A stretch of 64,000 bases of DNA. Source: the human T2T-CHM13v2.0 reference genome, Homo sapiens. Each line of letters opens with the position of its first letter. The first letter of the stretch is position 1. Shown here in pieces: positions 43,931-57,646 of this stretch. A program made the translations under genes and the position numbers. The notes under the pieces were generated by a model, which did not search any database, was not told where the DNA came from, and worked only from the letters and a program-made list of their open reading frames with translations. The stretch lies in NCBI RefSeq assembly GCF_009914755.1, contig NC_060932.1; one strand, 5' to 3'.

Positions 43931-45179
43931 TCTCCAGAACCAACTGGGGTAGAGTGAACACCAGTGACCTCTGCCCTGCTGCATCCCAGGCCTGAGTCCT
44001 CAGGGCAGACGGCTCAGCGAGGGCACCCGGGGTAGGAGCCTGGTCTTCCACAGGGCCAGATGCACCCAAGCCTTTCACACCCACTTCTAAGTACAGGAGA
44101 GCACGGGAAGGAGAGACAGCCAGGGCTAATTCCATGCAGATTTTACGATGGTCTGGGACAGATTCTCTCAGTACTTTCAGAGATCTCTCCATCTTGTCAC
44201 TTTCATACAATGTGTGTTATTTTTCCTCCACCCCCATCCATGTCCCAAGTTACTCTGCATAAAAATTCTTGAGAACAATCAAGGGTGTGTGTGCTTGTTT
44301 TTGGGAAGGGATGCCCGGTGTGCGTCTTCTTCCGCAGCCGGGGCTGAGGGGTGGAGAGAGGAAGCTGGGGGAGGGGAGGGCAGGGTGGCCAAGGTGAGCT
44401 GGGACACCACTGCAGCCATGCGGGAGAGAGCCTGAGAGCCCCCCAGGAAGAACAAGAGGTTCCTGGGGCTGGTGAAAGATGCCATTATTCACGCTGCAAA
44501 TGCACAGTACACGGATTAGAAGCTATGCGGCATCAATGCAGTGAGACTCAAGCAGCAGGCTCAGGGTTCTGCCTAATTTCAGGCCAAAAGACCCTCCCCA
44601 TACAGAGTGGCCCCAGCTCCTTGTTCAGAAGATTCCCAGTTCCCCTCCTGGCCCTTTGTCAATGACAATAAGTCCCTTAAAGATGTCTGCAAGTTGGAAG
44701 CCAGGTCTCAGCTAGTTCCATTTTTAAACCACTCCTCTTTCTGGGATGCTAATGCAACCTTCCGCCCACCTCCTGGGTCCACTTTGGTTTGATGAACTGG
44801 TTTCTTCTCTGGGCAGAAACAAATGAGTTGAATACACCTGTCTCACTCTCCCAATTCCTACCACCATTCAGTGGGAAGGGTGTCTGGCTTGGGAGACAGA
44901 AATGCTGAGAGCCTCCCCTGCCACTTGTAGAGGACTGAGTCATCCGTGTCCCTGAAGCCTCCAGCTCTGCTACTTACGCACGAAAAACACAGCAGGCCAT
45001 GCCAGAGGAGGGAGCTCAGCAGGTCGGGGCAAAGAGGATGGGGATGAGGCGCCCTAGGACTTTGGGTGCTCCTCGAAAAACTCCTCCCCACAAAACCTCA
45101 CAGCCTCACCAGCAGTTTCTGCCCTGAGGCCACCCAGCAGGATCGCTTGAGCCCTCAGTCCTGGCTTAGCCAGCCCCCC

Positions 45180-45518
45180 TGCCTTAGTCCAGGCTGCCAC
45201 AGCAAAGTACCACAGCCAGGGTGGCTCATAAACACAAATGTACTGCTCACAGTTCTGGAGGCTGGAAGTCCAAGACCAAGGCACCGGCAGATCAGGTGTC
45301 TACACAGCCGCCCCACTCCTCACGGTATACTCCCATGGCAGCAAGAGAGTGAGGGAGCCGCTGGGGTCCCTTTTATAAGGGCACTTATCCCACCCACGTG
45401 GGCTCCACCCCCATGACCTAATCGCCTCCCAGAGGCCCCACCTCCTAGTCCCATCACTTTGGGCATTAGGATTTCAACATAGGAATTTGGAGGGGACACA
45501 AACATTCAGTCCATTGCA
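45180..45518 (-). mobile_element. MaLR solo LTR (MLT1A-like)
   Basis: CTTAGTCCAGGCTGCC...CTCACAGTTCTGGAGGCTGGAAGTCCAAG...GGGGACACAAACATTCAGTCCATTGCA. Confidence 0.88.
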
Positions 45519-46019
45519 CCCACAGAAAACCCAGGACTCCCCAGGCCCCCCCATCACCCACTGTTAATCCCAAACAGCTGTGTTTATCCTCCTTTCATGC
45601 TATCTCCCTCCCTGACTCCTGAAACCTTCCTGCATCTGCCACCGGACTCCCAGCGGATCAGCCGTGAAACCTCATTCCCTCAGCCTCTGCTGTAGGCGTT
45701 TCTTCTACTTTCTTGTTCTAAATGAGACCTGCTTCCTGCCTGCCTAACCTTTCCCATGAGGACTTTTCTTTTCCCATTCTCCTCATACACCAGTCATATG
45801 CCAGGGCGGTAGATGTTTCTCTTTGCTTCCTTCTAGAACTTTCCCTCTCCTTCCTCCCTAAAAACCCCCAGCACTTGTGTTCACTGTCATAAGACTTGAC
45901 ACTGCACCTCCCGGTTAAGAGCCACCTGCTCCTCCCCTCCCGGGATCCCTATCACTGCCCTGGCTCTCCTGATCCCCAGGTATCACTCCTTCTGGCCTCC
46001 TTACCTAATTCCAGCCTCC

Positions 46020-46645
<626 letters not shown>

Positions 46646-46725
46646 CTAGAAAGGCTTTTCACCAATCACTGAAATCTAAATCCCATGTTCAAGTGTCCCA
46701 CTTTATAAGTGCCATGGCTCATCTT

Positions 46726-47030
46726 ATTTATTTATTTATTTATTTATTTTGAGACAGGCTCTCACTCTGTCGCCCAGGCTGAAGTGCAGTGGTGTGATCA
46801 CAGCTCACTGCAGCCTTGACCGCCTGGTCAAGAGATCCTCTGGCCTCAGCCTCCCGAGTAGCTAGGGCTACAGGCGTGCACCACCACATCTGGCTAATTT
46901 TTAAAATTTTTTGTAGGTTGGAGGTCTCTCTGTGTTGCTCAGGCTGGTCTTGAACTCCTGGCCTCAAGCAATCCTCCCATCTCGGCCTCCCAAAGCACTG
47001 GGATTACAGACTTGAGCCACGGTGCCCGCC
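46726..47030 (-). mobile_element. Alu (AluJ-like) with (TTTA)n tail
   Basis: Reverse dimer; TSD CTCATCTT. Confidence 0.92.
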
Positions 47031-47624
47031 CTCATCTTCTTAGTGCAGTCCCTCAGGTCTCTGACTCTGGGGTGCCCCAGCCTCCCACAGACCATGCATC
47101 CCACTGCCTTTCCACCCTCTCACACCCTCCTATCCTTGCTGGCTCTCTTATCCTACTCCACTCCAGGATCCACGTTATCAGGTAACACACTCCCACTCCT
47201 CACTTTTGTCTTGCTTCCTCACACTTGCACAGGGAAACTCTAACCCTGGTCAGGTCTAATTCCACCCACACAGTCGAGCACAGGTGGAAAAAGAAAACCA
47301 CGCCCCTATGCCAATGGGGCTGATTTAAACTCAGAGCCTAAAGACCCAGGGGCACTGGCTATCCCTGGGCTCCCACCTTTCCCTCATCCCATCATCTCTC
47401 TTTGCCTCTCCCAGATGTGACTTCCCACTCGCTCCTCTTCTTCACTCTAGGTTTCCTATTTGACAGAAAAAACAGAAGCACTGCTCAGAGCCCCAAGGGC
47501 AGGCCCAGGAGCAGAAGCAGACATACTGAAGGGACGCAAGGGTACTCTACCCTAGGACCTCACATTTTTGGGGTGTGGTCTATGTATCCATTTGGAAGGA
47601 CTCAATGTGGAATAACTCACGTAA

Positions 47625-48081
<457 letters not shown>

Positions 48082-51000
48082 CCAGAACCTGTCTTTTTAA
48101 GCACCACACAAAGCCATCCCCACAACAGAGAAGGTGAGACTTCAGCACTTTAGACTCAGGTATCAGAGCCGAGTGAGGCTGTGTGCGGGTCTGCACCAAT
48201 GACGTGCCCACACCCTGAATTTCTGGCCCACTGAGTCACATTTAGGTAACCTTGCACTTGAGCCAGCCTTGTGCTGGTCTGCAGTAGGAGGGAGGAGAGA
48301 GGGGAGGACAGACCAGCTAGAGCGATGGTAAATTGCAGAAGTCATGGAGCCCTATTTCACACCTCTTTGTGCCCCTTGCTGCACACAGCACCTGCAGGAT
48401 CCCTGAATATATTTTGCTGGAAGATGAAGATGAAGAAATGAATGAATGAGCAAGCAAGGAAGCAGAGGCCAGGAGCTATGACAGCAAGGTCTGTGGTGAG
48501 GAGAACTGGGGGATGCCATAAGGAATAACTGCCCTGGCCACTCATCACCCCCTCTACTCCAGGGATTACCAGAAGCCCACCTGCCCACCCAGGGCTCTGT
48601 CCTCACTGCGGGCCTCCTTCAAGCCCATCCACTCCAGACTGTACCAGGCTAGTGGGACATGTCGGTGGCATCCCCCTCAGACCCTCCTCACTGCCCCCAT
48701 CCCTAGAGTAATGCCACACAGGAGATGGCATGGCCTAGGGCTGGGGCTTTGGCTGAAGACAGAGAGGGGATGCTCCAGGCCATGCCCGTCTGCATGGAAA
48801 GGCGCCCCTGGTGCCTCTGTACCCCCTCCCTCCTCTTCCCAACGCCTCCTGGAAACAGCAGCCTCTACCCTGAGACAAGGAAACACATCCCTTGGCTCTT
48901 CTGGTAGCAAACCTCAGGGGGCCCCTGGGAGCAAAGTGCCTCCAATTAGGATGATGAAGGGACAGACACACATACGCCATAGAATCAGGAGCCCTCAGGG
49001 CCCAGTATTTCTAATATTCGAGCAACAGGACTAAAGGAACTTGCTCAATTTCCTGGAGTATCTAGGCCTCATGAGAATCCCACTAGTAACCAGAATGTTG
49101 CTTTCTTCAGCAGAAGGCCAGGATCAGCCCGAAAACACTCTCCAGGCCAGGGTCCCTGAGAAGGGGCATAGGTGTTTCCTGGGAGTCCCTGGGTGGCAGC
49201 AGCTCCTTCTACCTCCTCATCTCTCCCTCTCCTTCTTCCCCACCTCTGCAAGCTTTGCAGGGGACTCCCAAAGACCAGGGAGGGAAATAAATGTGGATCG
49301 AGGGGCTACTGTGTGCAAGGCGCTTTACCCGGGTTATATCATGTAATCCTCCCACAATGCCTGTGGGGTTAGTAACATTATTCTCACTTTGCAGACAAGG
49401 ACACTCAAGATTAGCAGGTCAGGGCCCTGGCAGAAACAGAAGGCTCCCTCAGATTAGGACACATCACAGGGTTTCATAAAAGGAATGTCTCAAAGGTGTG
49501 GCCAGGGTGTGACACCCAGAAGGACAGAGCAGCATTTGCGGGCTGTAACCACCCTTGGGCCCAAAGGGTCAGGGATGGGAGCAGTTGCCAGAACCTGGAA
49601 GGGGAAAAGCCCAGGTGGACAGGGCAGCTTTAAAGGAGCTGTGGTCTTTGGTGGAGGGACAGGAGCAGCCCTGGGTGACTCCACAGGGCAGAAGCCGGAG
49701 GAGTAAGTGCTCCAGCTTCCCTGTCTCCCCTCACCCACCTCCTGCCGGGGCTCCCCCGTGAGTTGAGTAAAGAACAGTGTACGGCACGTGGGGATGGCGG
49801 GACAAACAGAACCCCCTGCACTGGGTCTGAGTTCACGCATGCAAGGACAACACAACTCGTGTGTGCACCATGGTTTCACATCCAGCCCTGACACACTGCA
49901 ACACGTGTCACCAAGCCACTCCCATCTTATAGAGGGACAGCCCATTGGGCAAGAGAGACCTGGAACACGCCTGGCCACTGGCTCCCCCGGGGACCACAGA
50001 CCTGCCTAACAGAGCCATGCTCTCTGCTTGGCATGGGCTGTAGCTCTGAACTGGGTTAATAGTCCCCTCTCCTGCACCAGAGCCTGATGCGGCAACCTGT
50101 AAACGGCGGTGACTCTTCCAGAGGCCCCAGCCAGCCCCTCCCAGGAAATCCATTCCCATCTTTGGGCAGCAGCCCAGCAGCCCTCAGCTGCGCCAAGTGA
50201 ACCGGGGAGATCTGACGGATATGAAGGTAGATGAGGAGGATAATTTCATTTTATGGGGAAGGAACACAGGAATGGGGAGGCCGGGCCTGGAGGCAGCGAG
50301 CGGCCCGGCTGCAGGCGTCGGCAGCTGCCAGGAGCATGTGTAACTCATTACCCCCAGGTCCTATTTGCGGCCATGGATGACGCCACGAGTGGAGGGGGCT
50401 GGGGCCGTGGGGGCGAATGGGACTGCAGTATTTTTCTGACACTAACACCTCTCTCTGGCCCTCGGAAAGTGCTGTGGAGGAACCAGGCCCAGCCAGTCCC
50501 CACCCACTCCCAGATCGGCCTCCTCCTCCACCTCCTGGCGCCAGACTGGAGAGGCCCCGGCTGCATATCGGGGAAACCAAGGCGGGAGAAAGGAAGGTGG
50601 GGGTGGGGTGGGGGGCAGGAGGAGGGAGGCCAGATCACCGGTGCCTGGGGTTCTGTTCAGAGGGTGGTGTGAGTGAGCATCCATCAGAGGCCGCTAGAGG
50701 CAGCTTGGCTCAGGAACCTTCCAGGTCCTATTTGGGCTTGGCCCTTCCAAGCAGTTCCAGCCCCACAGGAGGATGCTCGGCTATTGCCCAGGATCCACGA
50801 GGTGAGGAGGATGGGGCCTTCCATCAACAGTGGGCCCCGAGGAGGACAGCAATGGCCAAGACGCAAGGGAGGAGGCAGATTCCAGAGGTGGCCCCGCCCA
50901 GGCATGCAGAGAAGGGAGGCTCTAAAGGCATCAGAGAGCAAGGGGTACCTGCGGGGCCTTGAAGGATGCAGGGACAGGACGAGCTGGAGGAGCTGGGCAA

Positions 51001-52683
51001 GATGGCTGCTCAGGGAGGGGACAGAGAACCAAGGCACCCAACAGTCCCTCCTCTTCCCATCTCACCTGGCAAGTGAAGAAAGGGAAGGGATAAAGGCAGG
51101 GAGGGTGAAGAGAAATGAGGGGCGAGAAGGAAAGAGAAAAAAACAGCAGGTCCGGTGCAGGAGTGGAACGGTGCCTGCAGGAGCTGCTCTGCTAGAGGAG
51201 GGTCCCTTCCTCTGCGCTGAGGAAGCTCCCTGGGCATCGAGCCCCCACTCAGCCCATACCCCAAGGGTGTCCCCTCACCTCCTCTCTTGCTTTTCCTGCT
51301 CTCACCTCTGGTGGTGGCTACAGGGAGCTCCTTTCATCTCTGGACTGACCACCTGCCCAAGCCCATAAAAGAGGGACTCCTCAGCACTTCTGCCTGCAGG
51401 AAGTGCTACCTTGTCCAATGGGTGAGCTGTCTGTAACCTGGCATTTCTTGTCCCTGTTTCTCAGGTGGATGGGCAGGAGGGCGTGTGTGGGTGAACCAGG
51501 TGAAGGCTGGTGCCTGGACAGGGGCACTCACGCTTGCTGGCTGGGTGAGTGTCTGTTGGGGGTGCCAGCAGCCACATCGTGAACAGAGCTTTTCCAGGCT
51601 TAAGGCAGATTCTGCACTTGGATTCCCACATGCCTCCTTGTCTATTTCCCAATTGGTTCCAAATCCAGAAGTGAGGGGAGTCACTCCTTGGCACCATCAG
51701 TCCAACCCCGTGAAATCCCCATCCTGGGAAGGAGCCTGCATCTCAGGTAAGGAGACTCAGAGTCCGGTTCCAGCTCCACCACTGATGACTTGAGTGGACT
51801 TACCACATCATTTACCAACAATCACAAAGACTTCTGGGACATCTGCCACCTACAAGGTCCCGAAAGAATTCCCAGAGGAGCAAAACACAGTCCTGACATC
51901 TCCGGTCTCAGTGAAAATGAGTCCTGCACTCCACAGCACATGGGCCATGAGAGTGGGGCAGCTCATCACACCCAGCAGGAACACTGGGGAGCCTGCCAGT
52001 GACCGGACCCGGGACTCAGCAGGTCCCACCACCAGGGAAGGCTGCATCTTACCTTCATGTCAGGGCTGTACTTTTGGGACTTTGCCTCCCCTGATCCCAC
52101 TATCCCCATGGCCAGCCTCCAACAAGAAGTGCCATCTCTCCTCCCCTCTTCCCACCTCTCGCCCTCCATTGAAGAAGGAAGACCTGTAAGGGACTTGGAG
52201 CTTGTCCTGGACCTCACACTTCACCGTCTTCATTTACTAAATAAAGGCTCAAGGGCGGCCCTGACCGGATTCAGGGTGCTGGCTCTCCCTTCCTTTCCCA
52301 TCTCTTCCCAACTTCCCCCTCCTCCCTCCCTGCCTGGCCCCACCCTTTCCTCTTCCTCTCCCATTTCACTCCGCAGAGATAAGGATCAAAGATGCAGCAA
52401 AACCCTTCTAAAGGGTTTCTAAAACAGATCAAATCTGGCTTGAATTTCCCCAAGTCAAGCTCATCATTTTCCTCTCTGAAATGAAAGGAAAAGGGGGAAA
52501 AATCAAATTGGAAGCCCACAAGCTTTGAAGTCACTGGCTTCATCTCAACACTCTACTCTGCCTGGGTTCCCCATATTCCAGCCCCCAACCTGGCAGCCAG
52601 GAATGAAGATGGACCCAGAGAATTCGGCAATCAGGTGTAGATGGTGAATGCTTTGCCACATTTAGACTTCGAGGACCCCTCTG

Positions 52684-53243
52684 TTTATCCATCCATTCAT
52701 TCATTCATCTATTTATTTATTCATTCATCTATCCATTCATTCATCCATCTATCCATTCATTCATCCATCCATCCATTCATTCACCCATCCATTCATTCAC
52801 CCATCCATTCATTCATCCATCCATTCATCCATCCATCCATGCATCCATCCATCCATTCATTCACCCATCCATTCATTCATCCATCCATTCACCCATCCAT
52901 CCATGCATCCATCCATCCATTCATCCGTCCATCCAGCTATCCATCTATCCATTCATTATTCATCCATTTATTCATTCATTCACATATCCATTCATTCATT
53001 CATCCATCCATTCACCCATTCATCCATCCATTCATCCATCCTTTCATCTATCCATCTATTCATCCATCCAGCTATCCATCCATCCATCCATCCATTCATT
53101 CATTTACTCATTCATTCATCCATCCATTTATTCATTCATCCATTCACCCATTCATCCATCCATTCATTCATCCATCTATCCATTCATTCATCCATCCATC
53201 TATTCCCTTCATTCATCCATCCACCCATTCATCCATTCATTCA
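52684..53243. repeat. (CATC)n/(CATT)n tetranucleotide array, ~560 bp
   Basis: Directly visible mixed TCCA/TTCA units. Confidence 0.97.
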
Positions 53244-53760
53244 AAAAATGCCTAGTGAGCACTTACTGTATGCTGGGCTCAGGAGACATCAATAAGCAAA
53301 ACAGAGATGCCTACTGTGGTCCAGCCTATATTCTTGCCTCAGGGAATGGATAATAAATGATACATGTAAATAAGGAGACTACAGTGTCATGAGGAAGTCA
53401 GACCACGGAAGAAAGGAAAAAAGAGTCAGGGAAAGGGGGATGGAAACTCAGGCCTCGCAGAAGGTGGGAGCTGAGCTAAGTCCTGGGGGAGGTGAGAGCA
53501 TGGACCAAGTGGGAGGGGGCAGTAATGCACACTGGGGGATGCCAGGGAAGCACCCTTCTAAGGGCAAAAGACCCAGGTGAGCAAGTCAGAGATTCCCTGC
53601 CAAGGTTGGGGCAGCACAGAGGGGAGAGGCACAGGACCTCTTGGGCACATTGTCAGCACCCGAGTTTTCACTCCTGCTGAAGTGGGAGCCACAGCCATGC
53701 TTTGCCCAGCATAGTATCATATTCTAACTTGGGGTTGAAAAGGGCCACACTCCTAATTCA
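53236..53760 (-). mobile_element. L2 3' end
   Basis: TTCATTCAAAAAATGCCTAGTGAGCACTTACTGTATGCTGGG... matches the reverse L2 terminus. Confidence 0.65.
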
Positions 53761-53839
53761 ATGGCCAGGTCCAATTTTACACACAGAATTCTAGAACCAG
53801 ATAGGACCTCAGAGATAACCCCCTGCATCCCCATTTGGC

Positions 53840-53947
53840 AGATGAGTACACTGAGGCCCACAGAGGGTCACATACCCAGGAGGCACGAGTCAGCCTGAGA
53901 TGAGTACACTGAGGCCCACAGAGGCCCAGGAGGCACGAATCAGCCTG
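53840..53947 (+). repeat. Tandem duplication (58 + 50 bp)
   Basis: AGATGAGTACACTGAGGCCCACAGAGG...CCCAGGAGGCACGA(G/A)TCAGCCTG twice; the second copy lacks 8 bp. Confidence 0.9.
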
Positions 53948-55724
53948 GACTCCACACCTCTCAACCTCTGCTGTCTGCCCTGCACCTGGGCCCTAGCATC
54001 AGGGAACCCTGGGACAGGACATGGCTAGCATGGCTCCCAAAGTGCCCTCTGACAGAGCTCCCCACAGAGGAGGGGCCCAGAAGGCGCAGTGGCTAGGGTT
54101 GCTGTTAATTTCCAGTCGTTCTGGTCCAAATGAGCTTTTTAAAAAAACAATCTGGGGTTCAGAAAAAGGGAGAGTAAGATGAGGTACTAGGAAGTGGGTA
54201 TGGTGGTCCCAGGGACATCTGACCCCTCCCACCCCTGAGGCCCCCCAGGCTGGCCCTGATAGTCCTCTCCAATCACCCCACTGTGCTGTACCCAGTCTTT
54301 CTTGCCAAACCAAGCCCCTTTGCTGATGTGCCAGTGGATATGGATGCCACCTTCCCCTTTGCGGATGGACTGATGGGAGCTCTGCATGGGACCAGAACCC
54401 CAGGCCTTCTCCTCCGCCTGACTGGTGTGAGCCTTACAGAAACCTGACCCAGCTTGGTGTCACACAAATAGGAATATCTTTCCCACATCTTCTCTTAGAC
54501 AATCTCATTCAGTCTTCCAGCCCTTTTCCAGAAAGCCCTCTGCTCGCCTGACTTTATTATTCACACACATTTTGGCCTACTGTATATTATAGGCAGTTGT
54601 TCCCATGCCAGCCTCTTCTACTGGGATCATAAGCCCTTTGAGGACAGAGATTTTTTAATTTGTGTTTGGAGAATCCCTGGCTGCTCACCCTGGCCTGACA
54701 CGTCGTGGATCCTCAAAATATGTTTGTCAATTGGAATCCAGAAGAAGAGCCACCATGGTGGACAATCCTAGGGCTGGGTGAGCAGGTTCATTGGTCAGAA
54801 GCCCAAATCTCCTTGTGTCCTCTGCCTGCAGAGACTCTCCCCACTCTAAGCCACCACGGTTCTTTCCCTACACTCAGCGCCTTGTGGGAGGAATGCAGGG
54901 TCGGAGGAAGAGAAGAGTGGAGTCATTGCTCTTGAGTAATTTCAAGAGGCAGTTGGCAGAGTGGAGCAAAACAAGAGAGGAAAAGGCCTGTCTCTCCTTG
55001 GCCGGAAGTCTTTGCAAGGCTCCTCAGTAAGCTTCATTCTATTTCTCTTTGACGTGGGGGCAATGCTCTCCTCTCTGACATGTGCTGCATGCAGCAAGAA
55101 CTTATCAGTCATCTACTGGGTGCACAGGAGCCAAGCTGGTGGAAAAGCGCTCTGGGCTCCTCCAAAGGAAGCTGCATCACTTGGATCTCCAGGGTTTTAG
55201 CAAATAAGCAGCCCCTGAGATGCAAGGCCTTCTGGGTCACTGGCCTGGGGACCCCTTTCTGTGGCAAGACCAGGGCCTTGCACCCAGGGGCAGGATGAGC
55301 ACCTTGGAGAGCTCTTTGCCCCTCACGAGTGCTTCAGGAAGTGGGTGGGAGGCCCCTCTCCTCACCTGAGAGGGTCTGCACTGACTGGCTCAGAGGCCCT
55401 TGCCTGACCCGAGTCTCACTCTCTCAGGAGCAGAAGCATGGCCCTCGGAGTCAGGAGGCTCCATGCTGGACCACCATAAGACTGATGGACTGTGAAATCT
55501 GTCCATCTGTAAAATGAGTACTCATCTTGCTGACAGGTTTGTGGAAGTGAATGAATGAGAAAACCCATGGAGAAGACCTTTTAAAGCATAAAGTTCAATA
55601 TATGCACTATTACATGAGGAGGTCACAAGCACTTAAAGGCAATGCCAAGGTTGGGTGGTGGTAGGGCTCCTTCCCCACCCCCAGGCCAGATCTTGTGCCC
55701 CAAGTCTGAGCCAGCTGCACTCAC

Positions 55725-55836
55725 CATCCTCACACAGGTTCAGCTTGGACAGGCTCCTGCCATCAAAGGAATCCTCACAGATGGAGCTGGTGTCACAGTC
55801 GCTGACGGTGTGTAGGTACATAGCTTTGTTCTCCAT
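55725..55836 (-). CDS. SCARA5: SCARA5 first coding exon (exon 2), codons 1-37 plus 1 nt; cytoplasmic tail
   Basis: ATG at 55836-55834 in context GTG-ATG-G; 112 nt encoding MENKAMYL...NLCED; donor G|GTGAGT at 55725/55724; polypyrimidine tract and CAG acceptor upstream (exon starts 55851). Confidence 0.96.
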
Positions 55837-55851
55837 CACACCCTGCAACAG
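55837..55851 (-). other. SCARA5: 5' UTR part of SCARA5 exon 2
   Basis: Minus strand CCTCTCCTCCCCTCTTGCCTTCTCTGCAG|CTGTTGCAGGGTGTG-ATG; first AG after the pyrimidine tract. Confidence 0.8.
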
Positions 55852-57314
55852 CTGCAGAGAAGGCAAGAGGGGAGGAGAGGGAGGACGAAGGCCGGGAGAG
55901 AGACAGAGAATCAACTGTAGGTGGAAACAGAAGCAAATGGATAGAACAAGGTGCCCACCCCTGACCCTAAGCCTGAACACCGGGACCCTCTGCTCATCAC
56001 CAGGACCCAGGTGCCATCCTCCAGGTCCTTGGGGCCGTGATGCCCCCACTCCCAGCTTCCTCAGGGCTTCAGAAGACCAAGGCCCTTGGGCCTTTCTGAT
56101 GGTGGGATGTGTCCATTCCTTTCAACAACTCTCAGTGGGGCTGGAATCCTGAGCTGGGGTCACTGTGGGTTACACTGGGTGGGGCCAGGAGGAGGGAACC
56201 CTGCTGACTCAAAAGGTAACCTGAGAGCAGGCTCTGAGCCCTCAGAAGCCCGGGGCATGCCAGAGAGACTTGAGCTTCTGTTCTGTGTTGGAAATGAAGG
56301 AAGGAAACTAGATATGAAGGGGCATTCAGAGGGGGTACAGAGTCCACTTGCAAACAAAGCTGAGCAGACCAGGACTGCTCCCAAATCCAACGGGGCTGGC
56401 ATGTTGGAAGGAGCTTGGCTCAGTAGGACCACAGCAGGGATTCATCTACTGTGGTGGGGCCCGAGGAGCAGGGAGCCTCTGAAGGGACACCCAGGCACTA
56501 AGCATCTGGACAGCTTTAGGCCAGGGAGGGCTTCTGTCTGCATGGCCCCCAGAGGCTGACTCATTGGGTCTCTGGGTCTACGCCATGATGGTCCAGGAGC
56601 ATATACATTGACTTAGGAGAATCCTATGCTCTTTGAAAGGAAACAGCCTGTTGACGCAACAATGTGTACAACACGATCCCATTTTGTAAGACATGCACGC
56701 GTAAGGTGCGTGTGGATGTAAGACGCTATGATGGCTCCGGGTGAGAAATGTATTACAGGACTCTGGCTGGAAGGGATTGTGGGGATTTAATATTCCTTTT
56801 TGCTTTCAGATTTTCTGGGTTTTCTATGATGCATTTACATTCCTTATGTAATGAGAAGAATCTGTTTTTTAAGCCAAATTACAAAGTATATACATCAATT
56901 TCTTGATATTGTTTTTGTCACATAAATGCTCAGTGACTTTACAAATTATTCTCTACTTTCATCAAGGTTCCAGCCATGAGTTTATCTTGACCTTTGCTTC
57001 TGATTCTCTTTAACTATCTGGACATTTAACCAAAGAACAGCATCCTTTAGAAGATAAAAGCCCCATGAGGATGGGTCCCAGGCCCAGTATGGAGCAAACT
57101 CAACCCTTCAACCCAGAGGAGGCTGGGAGGAGAGGATGCAGGGCTGGCAGGTGGCAGTGGGGGGACAATGCCTGTTGATTGAGAGATCAGTCAATCAGTT
57201 TCTCTTCAGAGGGAGGGTGGGCAAGGAGGCGTGGCAACTTTCATAAATAGACATAATCAGGGAAGGCGGCTGGCGGGGTTGCTCTGCAGCAGAGCAAAAC
57301 AAGAATTCCGTATT

Positions 57315-57646
57315 TTCTTTCTTCTTTTTTTTTTTCTGTTTCTTTCTTTCTTTTTTTTTTTTTTTTTTTTTTTGAGACAGGGTCTCACTCTGTTGCCCAG
57401 GCTGGATGGCAGTGGTGCAGTCTTGGCTCACTGCAACCTCCGCCTCCCGGGCTCAAGTGATCCTCCCAACTCATCCTCCTGAGTAGCTGGGATTACAGGC
57501 ACAAGCCACCATGTCCAGCTAATTTTTTGCAGAGATGGGGTTTCACCATGTTGGCCAAGCTGGTCTGGAACTCCTGGAGTCAAGCGCTCCACTGGCCTCA
57601 GCCTCCCAAAGTGCTGAGATTACAGGTGTGAGCCACTGCACCCAGC
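57315..57646 (-). mobile_element. Alu
   Basis: Reverse dimer with long T-rich tail and shortened central linker. Confidence 0.92.

Noticed and set aside
50689-50704. CTCF-like GGCCGCTAGAGGCAGC
   Set aside because: One base short in the conserved AG(A/G)(G/T)GGC core.
50253-51368. Overlapping 139-231 aa ORFs
   Set aside because: GC-rich, stop-poor sequence with no recognisable domain or supported splice structure.
52641-53295. 204-aa and 130-aa His/Pro/Ser/Ile-rich ORFs
   Set aside because: Translations of the (CATC/CATT)n array.
57144-57159. CTCF-like CTGGCAGGTGGCAGTG
   Set aside because: Mismatch at a conserved 5' C; a match of this quality is expected by chance in 64 kb.
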